Assembly: GCA_032718475.1 (NCBI GenBank)
Contig: JAUCBJ010002619.1
Coordinates: forward strand, 24,084-88,083
Length of the DNA: 64,000 nucleotides
Source of the DNA: Nemertoderma westbladi
Taxonomy: Eukaryota; Animalia; Xenacoelomorpha
Direction of reading: 5' to 3'
Both the position numbers and the translations under genes were made by a program. This document shows, in pieces, positions 25,609 to 38,739 of the stretch (its first letter is position 1; each line of letters opens with the position of its first letter). A model generated the notes under the pieces. The model made no database searches, was not told the DNA's origin, and was given only the letters and a program-made list of their open reading frames with translations.

Positions 25609-25954
25609 TAGTCGAGTCAATCTAGCAAAAAACCCGTAAGTATTTCGCAATCAATCCGAACCACATATTTTAGATTCTATATTACCTTATTAATGACAAA
25701 AAAAGTCTATAAAATTATATTTTGCGGATCATATGTTTATTCATGGAAATTCTGCGTAAATTTGCATAACACAAGACAAACAAAAGGAACAGTAGGGGAG
25801 AGTAAGTGGCAAATTAGTGATGTTCCAGAATAATTTAATTAATTTCACAATAAGCTGTGATTCAATGGGAAATTAGTAATAAAAAAAATTGGTTTGGAAG
25901 AATTGCGAATTTGTTATGGGTTGACCCCCTTTTTCGGCTAGATTGACTCGCCTA
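25609..25954. mobile_element. Small MITE nested in the hAT element
   Basis: Inverted ends TAGTCGAGTCAATCTAGC / GCTAGATTGACTCGCCTA in an AT-rich context. Confidence 0.6.
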
Positions 25955-26559
25955 TTAATATTATCGTATTATTTAATAATTATATCAAAGTAAAATAATG
26001 TAAAATCAATGCATAATAATGTAAATCAATCTAAAAAACGTTAATATAAGCAAATTGCAAAACCACTCGTTAAGATAAGACCCATGTTTCACTGGTAAGT
26101 CTTATGTCATATTATTATGACATAAGACATTAGGTCAACTTTCAAAAAATTCCTTCAGAAAATTTTTTTACATTATGTCAAAATATAATATATTATGGAA
26201 CACCAACAAATTGGTTTCAATGGGAGCGTCTCCACTCTACTGGTAAATCGTAAGTAACGACTAATGAGCGAAAGTGATTATGTCCCATGTTCCATCTTTT
26301 TTTGACAAACGACTCATCACTTATGGCATGCTGAAAGCCTGGATTGATACCTTTGGGTATAGAAATATTTTGTAAATGTGAGACTCATCTTATATTTTTT
26401 TATAACAAATGAGTTTTGACTTGTGTTACCAGTGGAGCAAGGGAGCTGTAATTTTGACATTCTGAAGACAAAATCTGAAAACAACTTGCATTTCGAATGG
26501 ATTTCTTAAAAAATCTTCAGAACGACAAAAGATTTTACAAATGTGAATTAAGTTGCATT

Positions 26560-26722
26560 AGATTCCCATCTATCTGGAGGTTGTGGGTTCGAACCTCGTA
26601 TGGGCCCCGGCAGTTTTCGTTTCGGTACGAATGATTTGAAGAGGCTAGCTTGCGGTATCTATATCTGCTTTGCATCCTTAAAGGGTAGCTCTAAGCTAAC
26701 GGCCGAAGAAAACTTTACTTTT
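26560..26722 (+). mobile_element. Possible tRNA-derived SINE fragment
   Basis: B-box-like GGTTCGAACC followed by a ~110-bp body and an ACTTT-repeat tail; no full cloverleaf. Confidence 0.4.
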
Positions 26723-29700
26723 TAACTTTTTTTTACAAGTGTTGACAAGTACTGCATCTTAAACAATAAATTGGTAAGTATATGTTAAGAAATATATATA
26801 AATTTTGATAATAATTTAACAAACTAATTCAATTGGCAACTATCAAACTAGTTAGGAACCTGGTAATTCCGGTAAAATTCCGGCCGGAATTGACCCCATT
26901 CCGGGAATTCCGGCCGGAACCGGAATCGGGCAAAAACCGCCGGAATTCCGGCCGGAACGGAATTCCGGGACATCCCTACTTACCAGTTGGGTTCAGTGGG
27001 TTTACTTTACTTACCAGTTGGGTTCAGTGGGTTTACTTTACTTACCAGTTGGGTTCAGTGGGTTTACTTTACTTACCAGATGGGTTCAGTGGGTTTACTT
27101 TACTTACCAGTTGGGTCCAGTGGGTTTACTTTACTTACCAGTTGGGTTCAGTGGGCTAACTTTACTTACCAGTTGGGTTCAGTGGGTTTACTTTACTTAC
27201 CAGTTGGGTTCAGTGGGTTTACTTTACTTACCAGTTGGGTTCAGTGGGTTAACTTTACTTACCAGTTGGGTTCAGTGGGTTTACTTTACTTACCAGTTGG
27301 GTTCAGTGGGTTAACTTTACTTACCAGTTGGGTTCAGTGGGTTAACTTTACTTACCAGTTGGGTTCAGTGGGTATACTATACTTACCATTTGGGTTCAGT
27401 GGTTTAACTTTACTTACCAGTTGGGTTCAGTGGGTTAACTTTACTTACCAGTTGGGTTCAGTGGGTTTACTTTACCCACCAGTTGGGTTCAGTGGGTTAA
27501 CTTTACTTACCAGTTGGGTTCAGTGGGTTAACAACTTTACTTACCAGTTGGGTTCAGTGGGTTTACTTTACTTACCAGATGGGTTCAGTGGGTTTACTTT
27601 ACTTACCAGTTGGGTTCAGTGGGTTAACTTTACTTACCAGTTGGGTTCAGTGGGTTTACTTTACTTACCAGTTGGGTTCAGTGGGTTAACTTTACTTACC
27701 AGTTGGGTTCAGTGGGTTAACTTTACTTACCAGTTGGGTTCAGTGGGTATACTATACTTACCAGTTGGGTTCAGTGGGTTAACTTTACTTACCAGTTGGG
27801 TTCAGTGGGTTAACTTTACTTACCAGTTGGGTTCAGGGGGTTTACTTTACTTACCACAGTTGGGTTCAGTGGGTTAACTTTACTTACCAGTTGGGTTCAG
27901 TGGGTCAACTTTACTTACCAGTTGGGTTCAGTGGGTTAATTTTACTTACCAGTTGGGTTCAGTGTTCAGTGGGTTAACTTTACTTACCAGTTGGGTTCAG
28001 TGGTTAACTTTACTTACCACCAGTTGGGTTCAGTGGGTTTACTTTACTTACCAGTTGGGTTCAGTGGGTTTACTTTACTTACCAGTTGGGTTCAGTGGGT
28101 TTACTTTATTTACCAGTTGGGTTCAGTGTTCAGTGGGTTAACTTTACTTACCAGTTGGGTTCAGTGGGTTAACTTTACTTACCAGAGTGCGTTTACTTTA
28201 CTTACCAGTTGGGTTCAGTGGGTTAACTTTACTTACCAGTTGGGTTCAGTGGGTTTACTTTACTTACCAGTTGGGTTCAGTGGGTTTACTTTACTTACCA
28301 GTTGGGTTCAGTGGGTTTACTTTACTTACCAGTTGGGTTCAGTGGGTTTACTTTACTTACCAGTTGGGTTCAGTGGGTTTACTTTACTTACCAGTTGGGT
28401 TCAGTGGGTTTACTTTACTTACCAGTTGGGTTCAGTGGGTTAACTCTACTTACCAGTTGGTTTACTTTACTTACCAGTTGGGTTCAGTGGGTTTACTTTA
28501 CTTACCAGTTGGGTTCAGTGGGTTTACTTTACTTACCAGTTGGGTTCAGTGGGTTAACTTTACTTACCAGTTGGGTTCAGTGGGTTAACTTTACTTACCA
28601 GTTGGGTTCAGTGGGTTAACTCTACTTACCAGTTGGTTTACTTTACTTACCAGTTGGGTTCAGTGGTTAACTTTACTTACCACCTGTTGGGTTCAGTGGG
28701 TTAACTTTACTTACCAGTTGGGTTCAGTGGGTCAACTTTACTTACCAGTTGGGTTCAGTGGGTTTACTTTACTTACCAGTTGGGTTCAGTGTTCAGTGGG
28801 TTTACTTTACTTACCAGTTGGGTTCAGTGGGTTAACTTTACTTACCAGTTGGGTTCAGTGGGTTAACTTTACTTACCAGTTGGGTTCAGTGGGTATACTA
28901 TACTTACCAGTTGGGTTCAGTGGGTTAACTTTACTTACCAGTTGGGTTCAGTGGGTCAACTTTACTTACCAGTTGGGTTCAGTGGGTTAATTTTACTTAC
29001 CAGTTGGGTTCAGTGTTCAGTGGGTTAACTTTACTTACCAGTTGGGTTCAGTGGTTAACTTTACTTACCACCAGTTGGGTTCAGTGGGTTAACTTTACTT
29101 ACCAGTTGGGTTCAGTGGGTCAACTTTACTTACCAGTTGGGTTCAGTGGGTTAACTTTACTTACCAGTTGGGTTCAGTGTTCAGTGGGTTTACTTTACTT
29201 ACCAGTTGGGTTCAGTCGGTTAACTTTACTTACCAGTTGGGTTCAGTGGGTTAACTTTACTTACCAGTTGGGTTCAGTGGGTATACTTTACTTACCAGTT
29301 GGGTTCAGTGGGTTAACTTTACTTACCAGTTGGGTTCAGTGGGTTAACTTTACTTACCAGTTGGGTTCAGTGGGTTAACTTTACTTACCAGTTGGGTTCA
29401 GTGCGTGTTAACTTTACTTACCAGTTGGGTTCAGTGGTTAACTTTACTTCCACCAGTTGGGTTCAGTGGGTTAACTTTACTTACCAGTTGGGTTCAGTGG
29501 GTCAACTTTACTTACCAGTTGGGTTCAGTGGGTTAATTTTACTTACCAGTTGGGTCAGTGTTCAGTGGGTTTACTTTACTTACCAGTTGGGTTCAGTGGG
29601 TTAACTTTACTTACCAGTTGGGTTCAGTGGGGTAACTTTACTTACCAGTTGGGTTCAGTGGGTATACTATACTTACCAGTTGGGTTCAGTGGGTTAACTT

Positions 29701-30612
29701 TACTTACCAGTTGGGTTCAGTGGGTTAACTTTACTTACCAGTTGGGTTCAGGGGGTTTACTTTACTTACCACAGTTGGATTCAGTGGGTTAACTTTACTT
29801 ACCAGTTGGGTTCAGTGGTTAACTTTACTTACCACCAGTTGGGTTCAGTGGGTTAACTTTACTTACCAGTTGGGTTCAGTGGGTCAACTTTACTTACCAG
29901 TTGGGTTCAGTGGGTTAATTTTACTTACCAGTTGGGTTCAGTGTTCAGTGGGTTAACTTTACTTACCAGTTGGGTTCAGTGGGTTAACTTTACTTACCAG
30001 TTGGGTTCAGTGGGTTTACTTTACTTACCAGTTGGGTTCAGTGGGTTTACTTTACTTACCAGTTGGGTTCAGTGGGTTAACTTTACTTACCAGTTGGGTT
30101 CAGTGGGTTAACTTTACTTACCAGTTGGTTTCAGTTGGTTTACTTTACTTACCAGTTGGGTTCAGTGGCTTTACTTTACTTACCAGTTGGGTTCAGTGGG
30201 TTTACTTTACTTACCAGTTGGGTTCAGTGGGTTAACTTTACTTACCAGTTGGTTTCAGTGGGTTAACTTTACTTACCAGTTGGGTTCAGTGGGTTAACTC
30301 TACTTACCAGTTGGTTTACTTTACTTACCAGTTGGGTTCAGTGGGTTTACTTTACTTACCAGTTGGGTTCAGTGGGTTAACTTTACTTACCAGTTGGGTT
30401 CAGTGGGTTTACTTTACTTACCAGTTGGGTTCAGTGGGTTAACTTTACTTACCAGTTGGGTTCAGTGGGTTTACTTTACTTACCAGATGGGTTCAGTGGG
30501 TTTACTTTACTTACCAGTTGGGTTCAGTGGGTTAACTTTACTTACCAGTTGGGTTCAGTGGGTTTACTTTACTTACCAGTTGGGTTCAGTGGGTTTACTT
30601 TACTTACCAGTT

Positions 30613-32235
30613 TTACTTACTTTGCTGTTCAGCGAAGAGGGTGTAACACAAGGAGATCCTTTAGCTATGCCTTTTTACGCTTCAGGCATCCTCCCTTTAA
30701 TCCACGAGTTGCCATCACTTAAGGTTCGCCAAAGTTGGTTCGCTGACGACTCTTCAGGTGCCGGAAAGCTCCAGGATATTCTCGAGTGGTACGAGCACTT
30801 ACTTCGTCTGGGCCCTGCTCTCGGATATTACCCTCAGTCCGCCAAGAGCTTTCTCGTTGTGGCTCCGGAGTTTCTGGAGGAAGCCCAAAGTGTATTCGCC
30901 GAGCACAATATTAACATCGTTACAGGACACCGATTTCTGGGCGGGTTTATTGGTAGCGAGTCGGAGTGTGTGAAGTATGTCGGCGCCAAAATCGCATCCT
31001 GGGTAGCCTCAGTAGACAAGATGGCCGAGGTGGCGGAGGCCCAACCCCACGCTGCTTTCTCAGCCGTAGTTTGCTCACTCCAACGGGAGTGGGCATACCT
31101 CCAACGCGTTGTCCCAGACTGCAGCAGTCAGTTCGATGTGCTAGAGGAAGCGATCAGCGATAGGTTCCTGCCGGCAGTCTTCGATGGGCGAATTTCGCAA
31201 CCAGAACTCAAGTTGTTTGCCCTGTCTCCGCGAATGGGTGGTCTGGGGTTGCGGAACCCGGTTAACGAGGCCGATACCAACTTTGCTGTATCAGAACTTG
31301 GGACACAGTCGCTGGTGAACGCGATCGCCGGGAAGGAGCCATTCTCCTTAGCCACCCACCTGAAGTGCATGGAGGGAGCGCGCATGACATCTCGGAAAGA
31401 GAGGCAGGGTATGGAGAAAGCCCAGCAGGAGGAAGCGTTGGAAGGAATGGCGGAGCACCAGCGTGTCGCTGTCCAACGGGCGGCGGAGTTCAGGACCGGC
31501 GGCTGGCTATCCTCTCTTCCGGTAGCCGAACACCAGTTTGACCTCTCACCCCGGGAGTTTAGGGATGCTGTGGCTGTTCGGTATGGTAGACCCCTCGTAG
31601 GTGTCCCTTGCAGATGCGACGGTTGTGGCGCTGGGTTTGATCTCAACCACGGGTTGAATTGTAAGAAGGGTGGTCTAGTGATTCAGCGTCACAACGAGCT
31701 CCGCGACGCAGTCGGTGACCTCGCGGCCCTGGCATTCGGACCGCGAAACGTTATGCTCGAGCCAGTGGTCCGCGAGCAGCACGAGGATGGCGACGGGGCT
31801 GGTCTGCGATGCGATGTCGGCATTAGGGGAGCGTTCAGTACCCAGACACAGGCGTTGATTGACATACGTACAATTAACCTTGACGCCGTGTCTTATGCTG
31901 GGCGCTCCGTGAGGTCGGTATTGGAGTCAGCGGAAGAGGAGAAGAAACGCTTATATACAGCCGCAGTTTCCGCCCGCCGAGGTGATTTCTCCCCTTTCGT
32001 CGCCTCATGCGACGGCATACTGGCACCGCAGGCCAATAAGCTGTTGCGAATCATCGCAGACCGCCTACACACCAACTGGGGGAAACCATACAGTTCGGTA
32101 ATGGGGTGGGTGCGTGCACGCATATCGTTCGCGATAATCCGCGGCACTTCCCATTGCCTGCGAGGGTCGCGGGTGAGATGGCGAAGCGGTTTGGGGCTTG
32201 AGGACGGCGCCGGGATACCAGGGGGCTTTGCTTAG
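30613..32235 (+). CDS. Partial ORF: RT C-terminal half, CCHC finger and restriction-like endonuclease; uninterrupted but lacks its own start
   Basis: QGDPLAM, WFADD, C.CDGC......H...C, RHNELRD, EP, LRCD, IDIR, EKKRLY motifs. Confidence 0.85.
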   Translation, partial: LLTLLFSEEGVTQGDPLAMPFYASGILPLIHELPSLKVRQSWFADDSSGAGKLQDILEWYEHLLRLGPALGYYPQSAKSFLVVAPEFLEEAQSVFAEHNINIVTGHRFLGGFIGSESECVKYVGAKIASWVASVDKMAEVAEAQPHAAFSAVVCSLQREWAYLQRVVPDCSSQFDVLEEAISDRFLPAVFDGRISQPELKLFALSPRMGGLGLRNPVNEADTNFAVSELGTQSLVNAIAGKEPFSLATHLKCMEGARMTSRKERQGMEKAQQEEALEGMAEHQRVAVQRAAEFRTGGWLSSLPVAEHQFDLSPREFRDAVAVRYGRPLVGVPCRCDGCGAGFDLNHGLNCKKGGLVIQRHNELRDAVGDLAALAFGPRNVMLEPVVREQHEDGDGAGLRCDVGIRGAFSTQTQALIDIRTINLDAVSYAGRSVRSVLESAEEEKKRLYTAAVSARRGDFSPFVASCDGILAPQANKLLRIIADRLHTNWGKPYSSVMGWVRARISFAIIRGTSHCLRGSRVRWRSGLGLEDGAGIPGGFA

Positions 32236-32398
32236 AGTGTTTGATCGATTATGCGGGGACTGGTATGGTATGGTATATTACATAATTATTGCTCATTGTA
32301 ACTGTGTAATGGAGTTGTTACCATCTGTACTGCAAGCAATATGCTATTGATCATTTAGTGCGTTTTTGCGATAATTATAATATACATATCGGAATAAA
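30613..32398 (+). mobile_element. 5'-truncated RLE-type non-LTR retrotransposon (CRE-clade-like) inserted in the satellite
   Basis: GC-rich RT/RLE ORF; 3' UTR ending AATAAA; apparent 17-bp TSD TACTTTACTTACCAGTT. Confidence 0.9.
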
Positions 32399-35300
32399 TA
32401 CTTTACTTACCAGTTGGGTTCAGTGGGTTTACTTTACTTACCAGTTGGGTTCAGTGGGTTAACTTTACTTACCAGTTGGGTTCAGTGGGTTAACTTTACT
32501 TACCAGTTGGGTTCAGTGGGTTAACTTTACTTACCAGTTGGGTTCAGTGGGTTAACTTTACTTACCAGTTGGGTTCAGTGGGTTAACTTTACTTACCAGT
32601 TGGGTTCAGTGGGTTAACTTTACTTACCAGTTGGGTTCAGTGGGTATACTATACTTACCAGTTGGGTTCAGTGGTTTAACTTTACTTACCAGTTGGGTTC
32701 AGTGGGTTAACTTTACTTACCAGTTGGGTTCAGTGGGTTTACTTTACCCACCAGTTGGGTTCAGTGGGTTAACTTTACTTACCAGTTGGGTTCAGTGGGT
32801 TAACAACTTTACTTACCAGTTGGGTTCAGTGGGTTTACTTTACTTACCAGATGGGTTCAGTGGGTTTACTTTACTTACCAGTTGGGTTCAGTGGGTTAAC
32901 TTTACTTACCAGTTGGGTTCAGTGGGTTTACTTTACTTACCAGTTGGGTTCAGTGGGTTAACTTTACTTACCAGTTGGGTTCAGTGGGTTAACTTTACTT
33001 ACCAGTTGGGTTCAGTGGGTATACTATACTTACCAGTTGGGTTCAGTGGGTTAACTTTACTTACCAGTTGGGTTCAGTGGGTTAACTTTACTTACCAGTT
33101 GGGTTCAGGGGGTTTACTTTACTTACCACAGTTGGGTTCAGTGGGTTAACTTTACTTTCCAGTTGGGTTCAGTGGGTCAACTTTACTTACCAGTTGGGTT
33201 CAGTGGGTTAATTTTACTTACCAGTTGGGTTCAGTGTTCAGTGGGTTAACTTTACTTACCAGTTGGGTTCAGTGGTTAACTTTACTTACCACCAGTTGGG
33301 TTCAGTGGGTTTACTTTACTTACCAGTTGGGTTCAGTGGGTTTACTTTACTTACCAGTTGGGTTCAGTGGGTTTACTTTACTTACCAGTTGGGTTCAGTG
33401 TTCAGTGGGTTAACTTTACTTACCAGTTGGGTTCAGTGGGTTAACTTTACTTACCAGAGTGCGTTTACTTTACTTACCAGTTGGGTTCAGTGGGTTAACT
33501 TTACTTACCAGTTGGGTTCAGGGGGTTTACTTTACTTACCAGATGGGTTCAGTGGGTTTACTTTACTTACCAGTTGGGTTCAGTGGGTTTACTTTACTTA
33601 CCAGTTGGGTTCAGTGGGTTTACTTACTTACCAGTTGGGTTCAGTGGGTTTACTTTACTTACCAGATGGGTTCAGTGGGTTTACTTTACTTACCAGTTGG
33701 GTTCAGTGGGTTTACTTTACTTACCAGTTGGGTTCAGTGGGTTTACTTTACTTACCAGTTGGGTTCAGTGGGTTTACTTTACTTACCAGTTGGGTTCAGT
33801 GGGTTTACTTTACTTACCAGTTGGGTTCAGTGGGTTAACTTTACTTACCAGTTGGGTTCAGAGGGTTAACTTTACTTACCAGAGTGCGTTTACTTTACTT
33901 ACCAGTTGGGTTCAGTGGGTTAACTTTACTTACCAGTTGGGTTTAGTGGGTTTACTTTACCCACCAGTTGGGTTCAGTGGGTTAACTTTACTTACCAGTT
34001 GGGTTCAGTGGGTTAACAACTTTACTTACCAGTTGGGTTCAGTGGGTTTACTTTACTTACCAGATGGGTTCAGTGGGTTTACTTTACTTACCAGTTGGGT
34101 TCAGTGGGTTTACTTTACTTACCAGTTGGGTTCAGTGGGCTAACTTTACTTACCAGTTGGGTTCAGTGGGTTTACTTTACTTACCAGTTGGGTTCAGTGG
34201 GTTAACTTTACTTACCAGTTGGGTTCAGTGGGTTAACTTTACTTACCAGTTGGGTTCAGGGGGTTTACTTTACTTACCAGATGGGTTCAGTGGGTTTACT
34301 TTACTTACCAGTTGGGTTCAGTGGGTCAACTTTACTTACCAGTTGGGTTCAGTGGGTTAATTTTACTTACCAGTTGGGTTCAGTGTTCAGTGGGTTTACT
34401 TTACTTACCAGTTGGGTTCAGTGGGTTAACTTTACTTACCAGTTGGGTTCAGTGGGGTAACTTTACTTACCAGTTGGGTTCAGTGGGTATACTATACTTA
34501 CCAGTTGGGTTCAGTGGGTTAACTTTACTTACCAGTTGGGTTCAGTGGGTTAACTTTACTTACCAGTTGGGTTCAGGGGGTTTACTTTACTTACCACAGT
34601 TGGGTTCAGTGGGTTAACTTTACTTACCAGTTGGGTTCAGTGGTTAACTTTACTTACCACCAGTTGGGTTCAGTGGGTTAACTTTACTTACCAGTTGGGT
34701 TCAGTGGGTCAACTTTACTTACCAGTTGGGTTCAGTGGGTTAATTTTACTTACCAGTTGGGTTCAGTGTTCAGTGGGTTAACTTTACTTACCAGTTGGGT
34801 TCAGTGGGTTAACTTTACTTACCAGTTGGGTTCAGTGGGTTTACTTTACTTACCAGTTGGGTTCAGTGGGTTTACTTTACTTACCAGTTGGGTTCAGTGG
34901 GTTAACTTTACTTACCAGTTGGGTTCAGTGGGTTAACTTTACTTACCAGTTGGTTTCAGTTGGTTTACTTTACTTACCAGTTGGGTTCAGTGGCTTTACT
35001 TTACTTACCAGTTGGGTTCAGTGGGTTTACTTTACTTACCAGTTGGGTTCAGTGGGTTAACTTTACTTACCAGTTGGGTTCAGTGGGTTAACTTTACTTA
35101 CCAGTTGGGTTCAGTGGGTTAACTCTACTTACCAGTTGGTTTACTTTACTTACCAGTTGGGTTCAGTGGGTTTACTTTACTTACCAGTTGGGTTCAGTGG
35201 GTTAACTTTACTTACCAGTTGGGTTCAGTGGGTTTACTTTACTTACCAGATGGGTTCAGTGGGTTTACTTTACTTACCAGTTGGGTTCAGTGGGTTAACT

Positions 35301-38300
35301 TTACTTACCAGTTGGGTTCAGTGGGTTTACTTTACTTACCAGTTGGGTTCAGTGGGTTTACTTTACTTACCAGTTGGGTTCAGTGGGTTTACTTTACTTA
35401 CCAGTTGGGTTCAGTGGGTTAACTTTACTTACCAGTTGGGTTCAGTGGGTTAACTTTACTTACCAGTTGGGTTCAGTGGGTATACTATACTTACCAGTTG
35501 GGTTCAGTGGTTTAACTTTACTTACCAGTTGGGTTCAGTGGGTTAACTTTACTTACCAGTTGGGTTCAGTGGGTTTACTTTACCCACCAGTTGGGTTCAG
35601 TGGGTTAACTTTACTTACCAGTTGGGTTCAGTGGGTTAACAACTTTACTTACCAGTTGGGTTCAGTGGGTTTACTTTACTTACCAGATGGGTTCAGTGGG
35701 TTTACTTTACTTACCAGTTGGGTTCAGTGGGTTAACTTTACTTACCAGTTGGGTTCAGTGGGTTTACTTTACTTACCAGTTGGGTTCAGTGGGTTAACTT
35801 TACTTACCAGTTGGGTTCAGTGGGTTAACTTTACTTACCAGTTGGGTTCAGTGGGTATACTATACTTACCAGTTGGGTTCAGTGGGTTAACTTTACTTAC
35901 CAGTTGGGTTCAGTGGGTTAACTTTACTAACCAGTTGGGTTCAGGGGGTTTACTTTACTTACCACAGTTGGGTTCAGTGGGTTAACTTTACTTACCAGTT
36001 TGGTTCAGTGGGTCAACTTTACTTACCAGTTGGGTTCAGTGGTTTAATTTTACTTATCAGTTGGGTTCAGTGTTCAGTGGGTTAACTTTACTTACCAGTT
36101 GGGTTCAGTGGTTAACTTTACTTACCACCAGTTGGGTTCAGTGGGTTTACTTTACTTACCAGTTGGGTTCAGTGGGTTTACTTTACTTACCAGTTGGGTT
36201 CAGTGGGTTTACTTTACTTACCAGTTGGGTTCAGTGTTCAGTGGGTTAACTTTACTTACCAGTTGGGTTCAGTGGGTTAACTTTACTTACCAGAGTGCGT
36301 TTACTTTACTTACCAGTTGGGTTCAGTGTTCAGTGGGTTAACTTTACTTACCAGTTGGGTTTAGTGGGTTTACTTTACCCACCAGTTGGGTTCAGTGGGT
36401 TAACTTTACTTACCAGTTGGGTTCAGTGGGTTAACAACTTTACTTACCAGTTGGGTTCAGTGGGTTTACTTTACTTACCAGATGGGTTCAGTGGGATTAC
36501 TTTACTTACCAGTTGGGTTCAGTGGGTTTACTTTACTTACCAGTTGGGTTCAGTGGGCTAACTTTACTTACCAGTTGGGTTCAGTGGGTTTACTTTACTT
36601 ACCAGTTGGGTTCAGTGGGTTAACTTTACTTACCAGTTGGGTTCAGTGGGTTAACTTTACTTACCAGTTGGGTTCAGGGGGTTTACTTTACTTACCAGAT
36701 GGGTTCAGTGGGTTTACTTTACTTACCAGTTGGGTTCAGTGGGTTTACTTTACTTACCAGTTGGGTTCAGTGGGTTTACTTACTTACCAGTTGGGTTCAG
36801 TGGGTTTACTTTACTTACCAGATGGGTTCAGTGGGTTTACTTTACTTACCAGTTGGGTTCAGTGGGTTTACTTTACTTACCAGTTGGGTTCAGTGGGTTT
36901 ACTTTACTTACCAGTTTGGTTCAGTGGGTTTACTTTACTTACCAGTTGGGTTCAGTGGGTTTACTTTACTTACCAGTTGGGTTCAGTGGGTTAACTTTAC
37001 TTACCAGTTGGGTTCAGTGGGTTAACTTTACTTACCAGAGTGCGTTTACTTTACTTACCAGTTGGGTTCAGTGGGTTAACTTTACTTACCAGTTGGGTTT
37101 AGTGGGTTTACTTTACCCACCAGTTGGGTTCAGTGGGTTAACTTTACTTACCAGTTGGGTTCAGTGGGTTAACAACTTTACTTACCAGTTGGGTTCAGTG
37201 GGTTTACTTTACTTACCAGTTGGGTTCAGTGGGTTTACTTTACTTACCAGTTGGGTTCAGTGGGCTAACTTTACTTACCAGTTGGGTTCAGTGGGTTTAC
37301 TTTACTTACCAGTTGGGTTCAGTGGGTTAACTTTACTTACCAGTTGGGTTCAGTGGGTTAACTTTACTTACCAGTTGGGTTCAGGGGGTTTACTTTACTT
37401 ACCAGATGGGTTCAGTGGGTTTACTTTACTTACCAGTTGGGTTCAGTGGGTTAACTTTACTTACCAGATGGGTTCAGTGGGTTTACTTTACTTACCAGTT
37501 GGGTTCAGTGGGTTAACTTTACTTACCAGTTGGGTTCAGTGGGTTTACTTTACTTACCAGTTGGGTTCAGTGGGTTAACTTTACTTACCAGTTGGGTTCA
37601 GTGGGTTTACTTTACTTACCAGTTGGGTTCAGTGGGTTAACTTTACTTACCAGATGGGTTCAGTGGGTTTACTTTACTTACCAGTTGGGTTCAGTGGGTT
37701 AACTTTACTTACCAGATGGGTTCAGTGGGTTTACTTTACTTACCAGTTGGGTTCAGTGGGTTAACTTTACTTACCAGTTGGGTTCAGTGGGTTTACTTTA
37801 CTTACCAGTTGGGTTCAGTGGGTTAACTTTACTTACCAGTTGGGTTCAGTGGGTTAACTTTACTTACCAGTTGGGTTCAGTGGGTTTACTTTACTTACCA
37901 GATGGGTTCAGTGGGTTTACTTTACTTACCAGTTGGGTTCAGTGGGTTTACTTTACTTACCAGATGGGTTCAGTGGGTTTACTTTACTTACCAGTTGGGT
38001 TCAGTGGGTTAACTTTACTTACCAGTTGGGTTCAGTGGGTTTACTTTACTTACCAGATGGGTTCAGTGGGTTTACTTTACTTACCAGTTGGGTTCAGTGG
38101 GTTTACTTTACTTACCAGTTTGGTTCGGTGGGTTAACTTTACTTACCAGTTGGGTTCAGTGGGTTAACTTTACTTACCAGTTAGTTGGGTTCAGTGGGTT
38201 AACTTTACTTACCAGTTGGGTTCAGTGGGTTAACTTTACTTACCAGTTTGGTTCGGTGGGTTAACTTTACATACCAGTTGGGTTCAGTGGGTTAACTTTA

Positions 38301-38739
38301 CTTACCAGTTGGGTTCGGTGGGTTAACTTTACTTACCAGTTGGGTTCAGTGGGTTAACTTTACTTACCAGTTGGGTTCAGTGGGTTAACTTTACTTAAAA
38401 GTTGGTTTCAGTTGGTTTACTTTACCCACCAGTTGGGTTCAGTGGGTTTACTTTACTTACCAGATGGGTTCAGTGGGTTTACTTTACTTACCAGTTGGGT
38501 TCAGTGGGTTAACTTTACTTACCAGTTGGTTTCAGTTGGTTTACTTTACCCACCAGTTGGGTTCAGTGGGTTAACTTTACTTACCAGTTGGGTTCAGTGG
38601 GTTTACTTTACTTACCAGTTGGGTTCAGTGGGTTTACTTTACTTACCAGTTGGGTTCAGTGGGTTTACTTTACTTACCAGTTGGGTTCAGTGGGTTTACT
38701 TTACTTACCAGTTGGGTTCGGTGGGTTAACTTTACATAC

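Larger units (their letters stand above)
24835..26978. mobile_element. Non-autonomous hAT-type DNA transposon (2144 bp) inserted in the satellite
   Basis: TIR TAGGGATGTCCCGGAAT; 8-bp TSD CTTACCAG (24827-24834, 26979-26986); subterminal CCGGAA repeats; no transposase ORF. Confidence 0.93.

Noticed and set aside
26575-26610. tRNA gene
   Set aside because: Only a T-arm/B-box is present; no acceptor stem or D-arm could be formed
30394-32235. 613-aa satellite-RT fusion protein
   Set aside because: The first 73 codons are satellite starting at TTG; this is chance in-frame read-through into a 5'-truncated retrotransposon
18303-38739. Canonical recursive-splicing (AG|GT ratchet) sites in the satellite
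   Set aside because: Donors are preceded by CTG, not YAG, and the transcribed strand has no polypyrimidine tract
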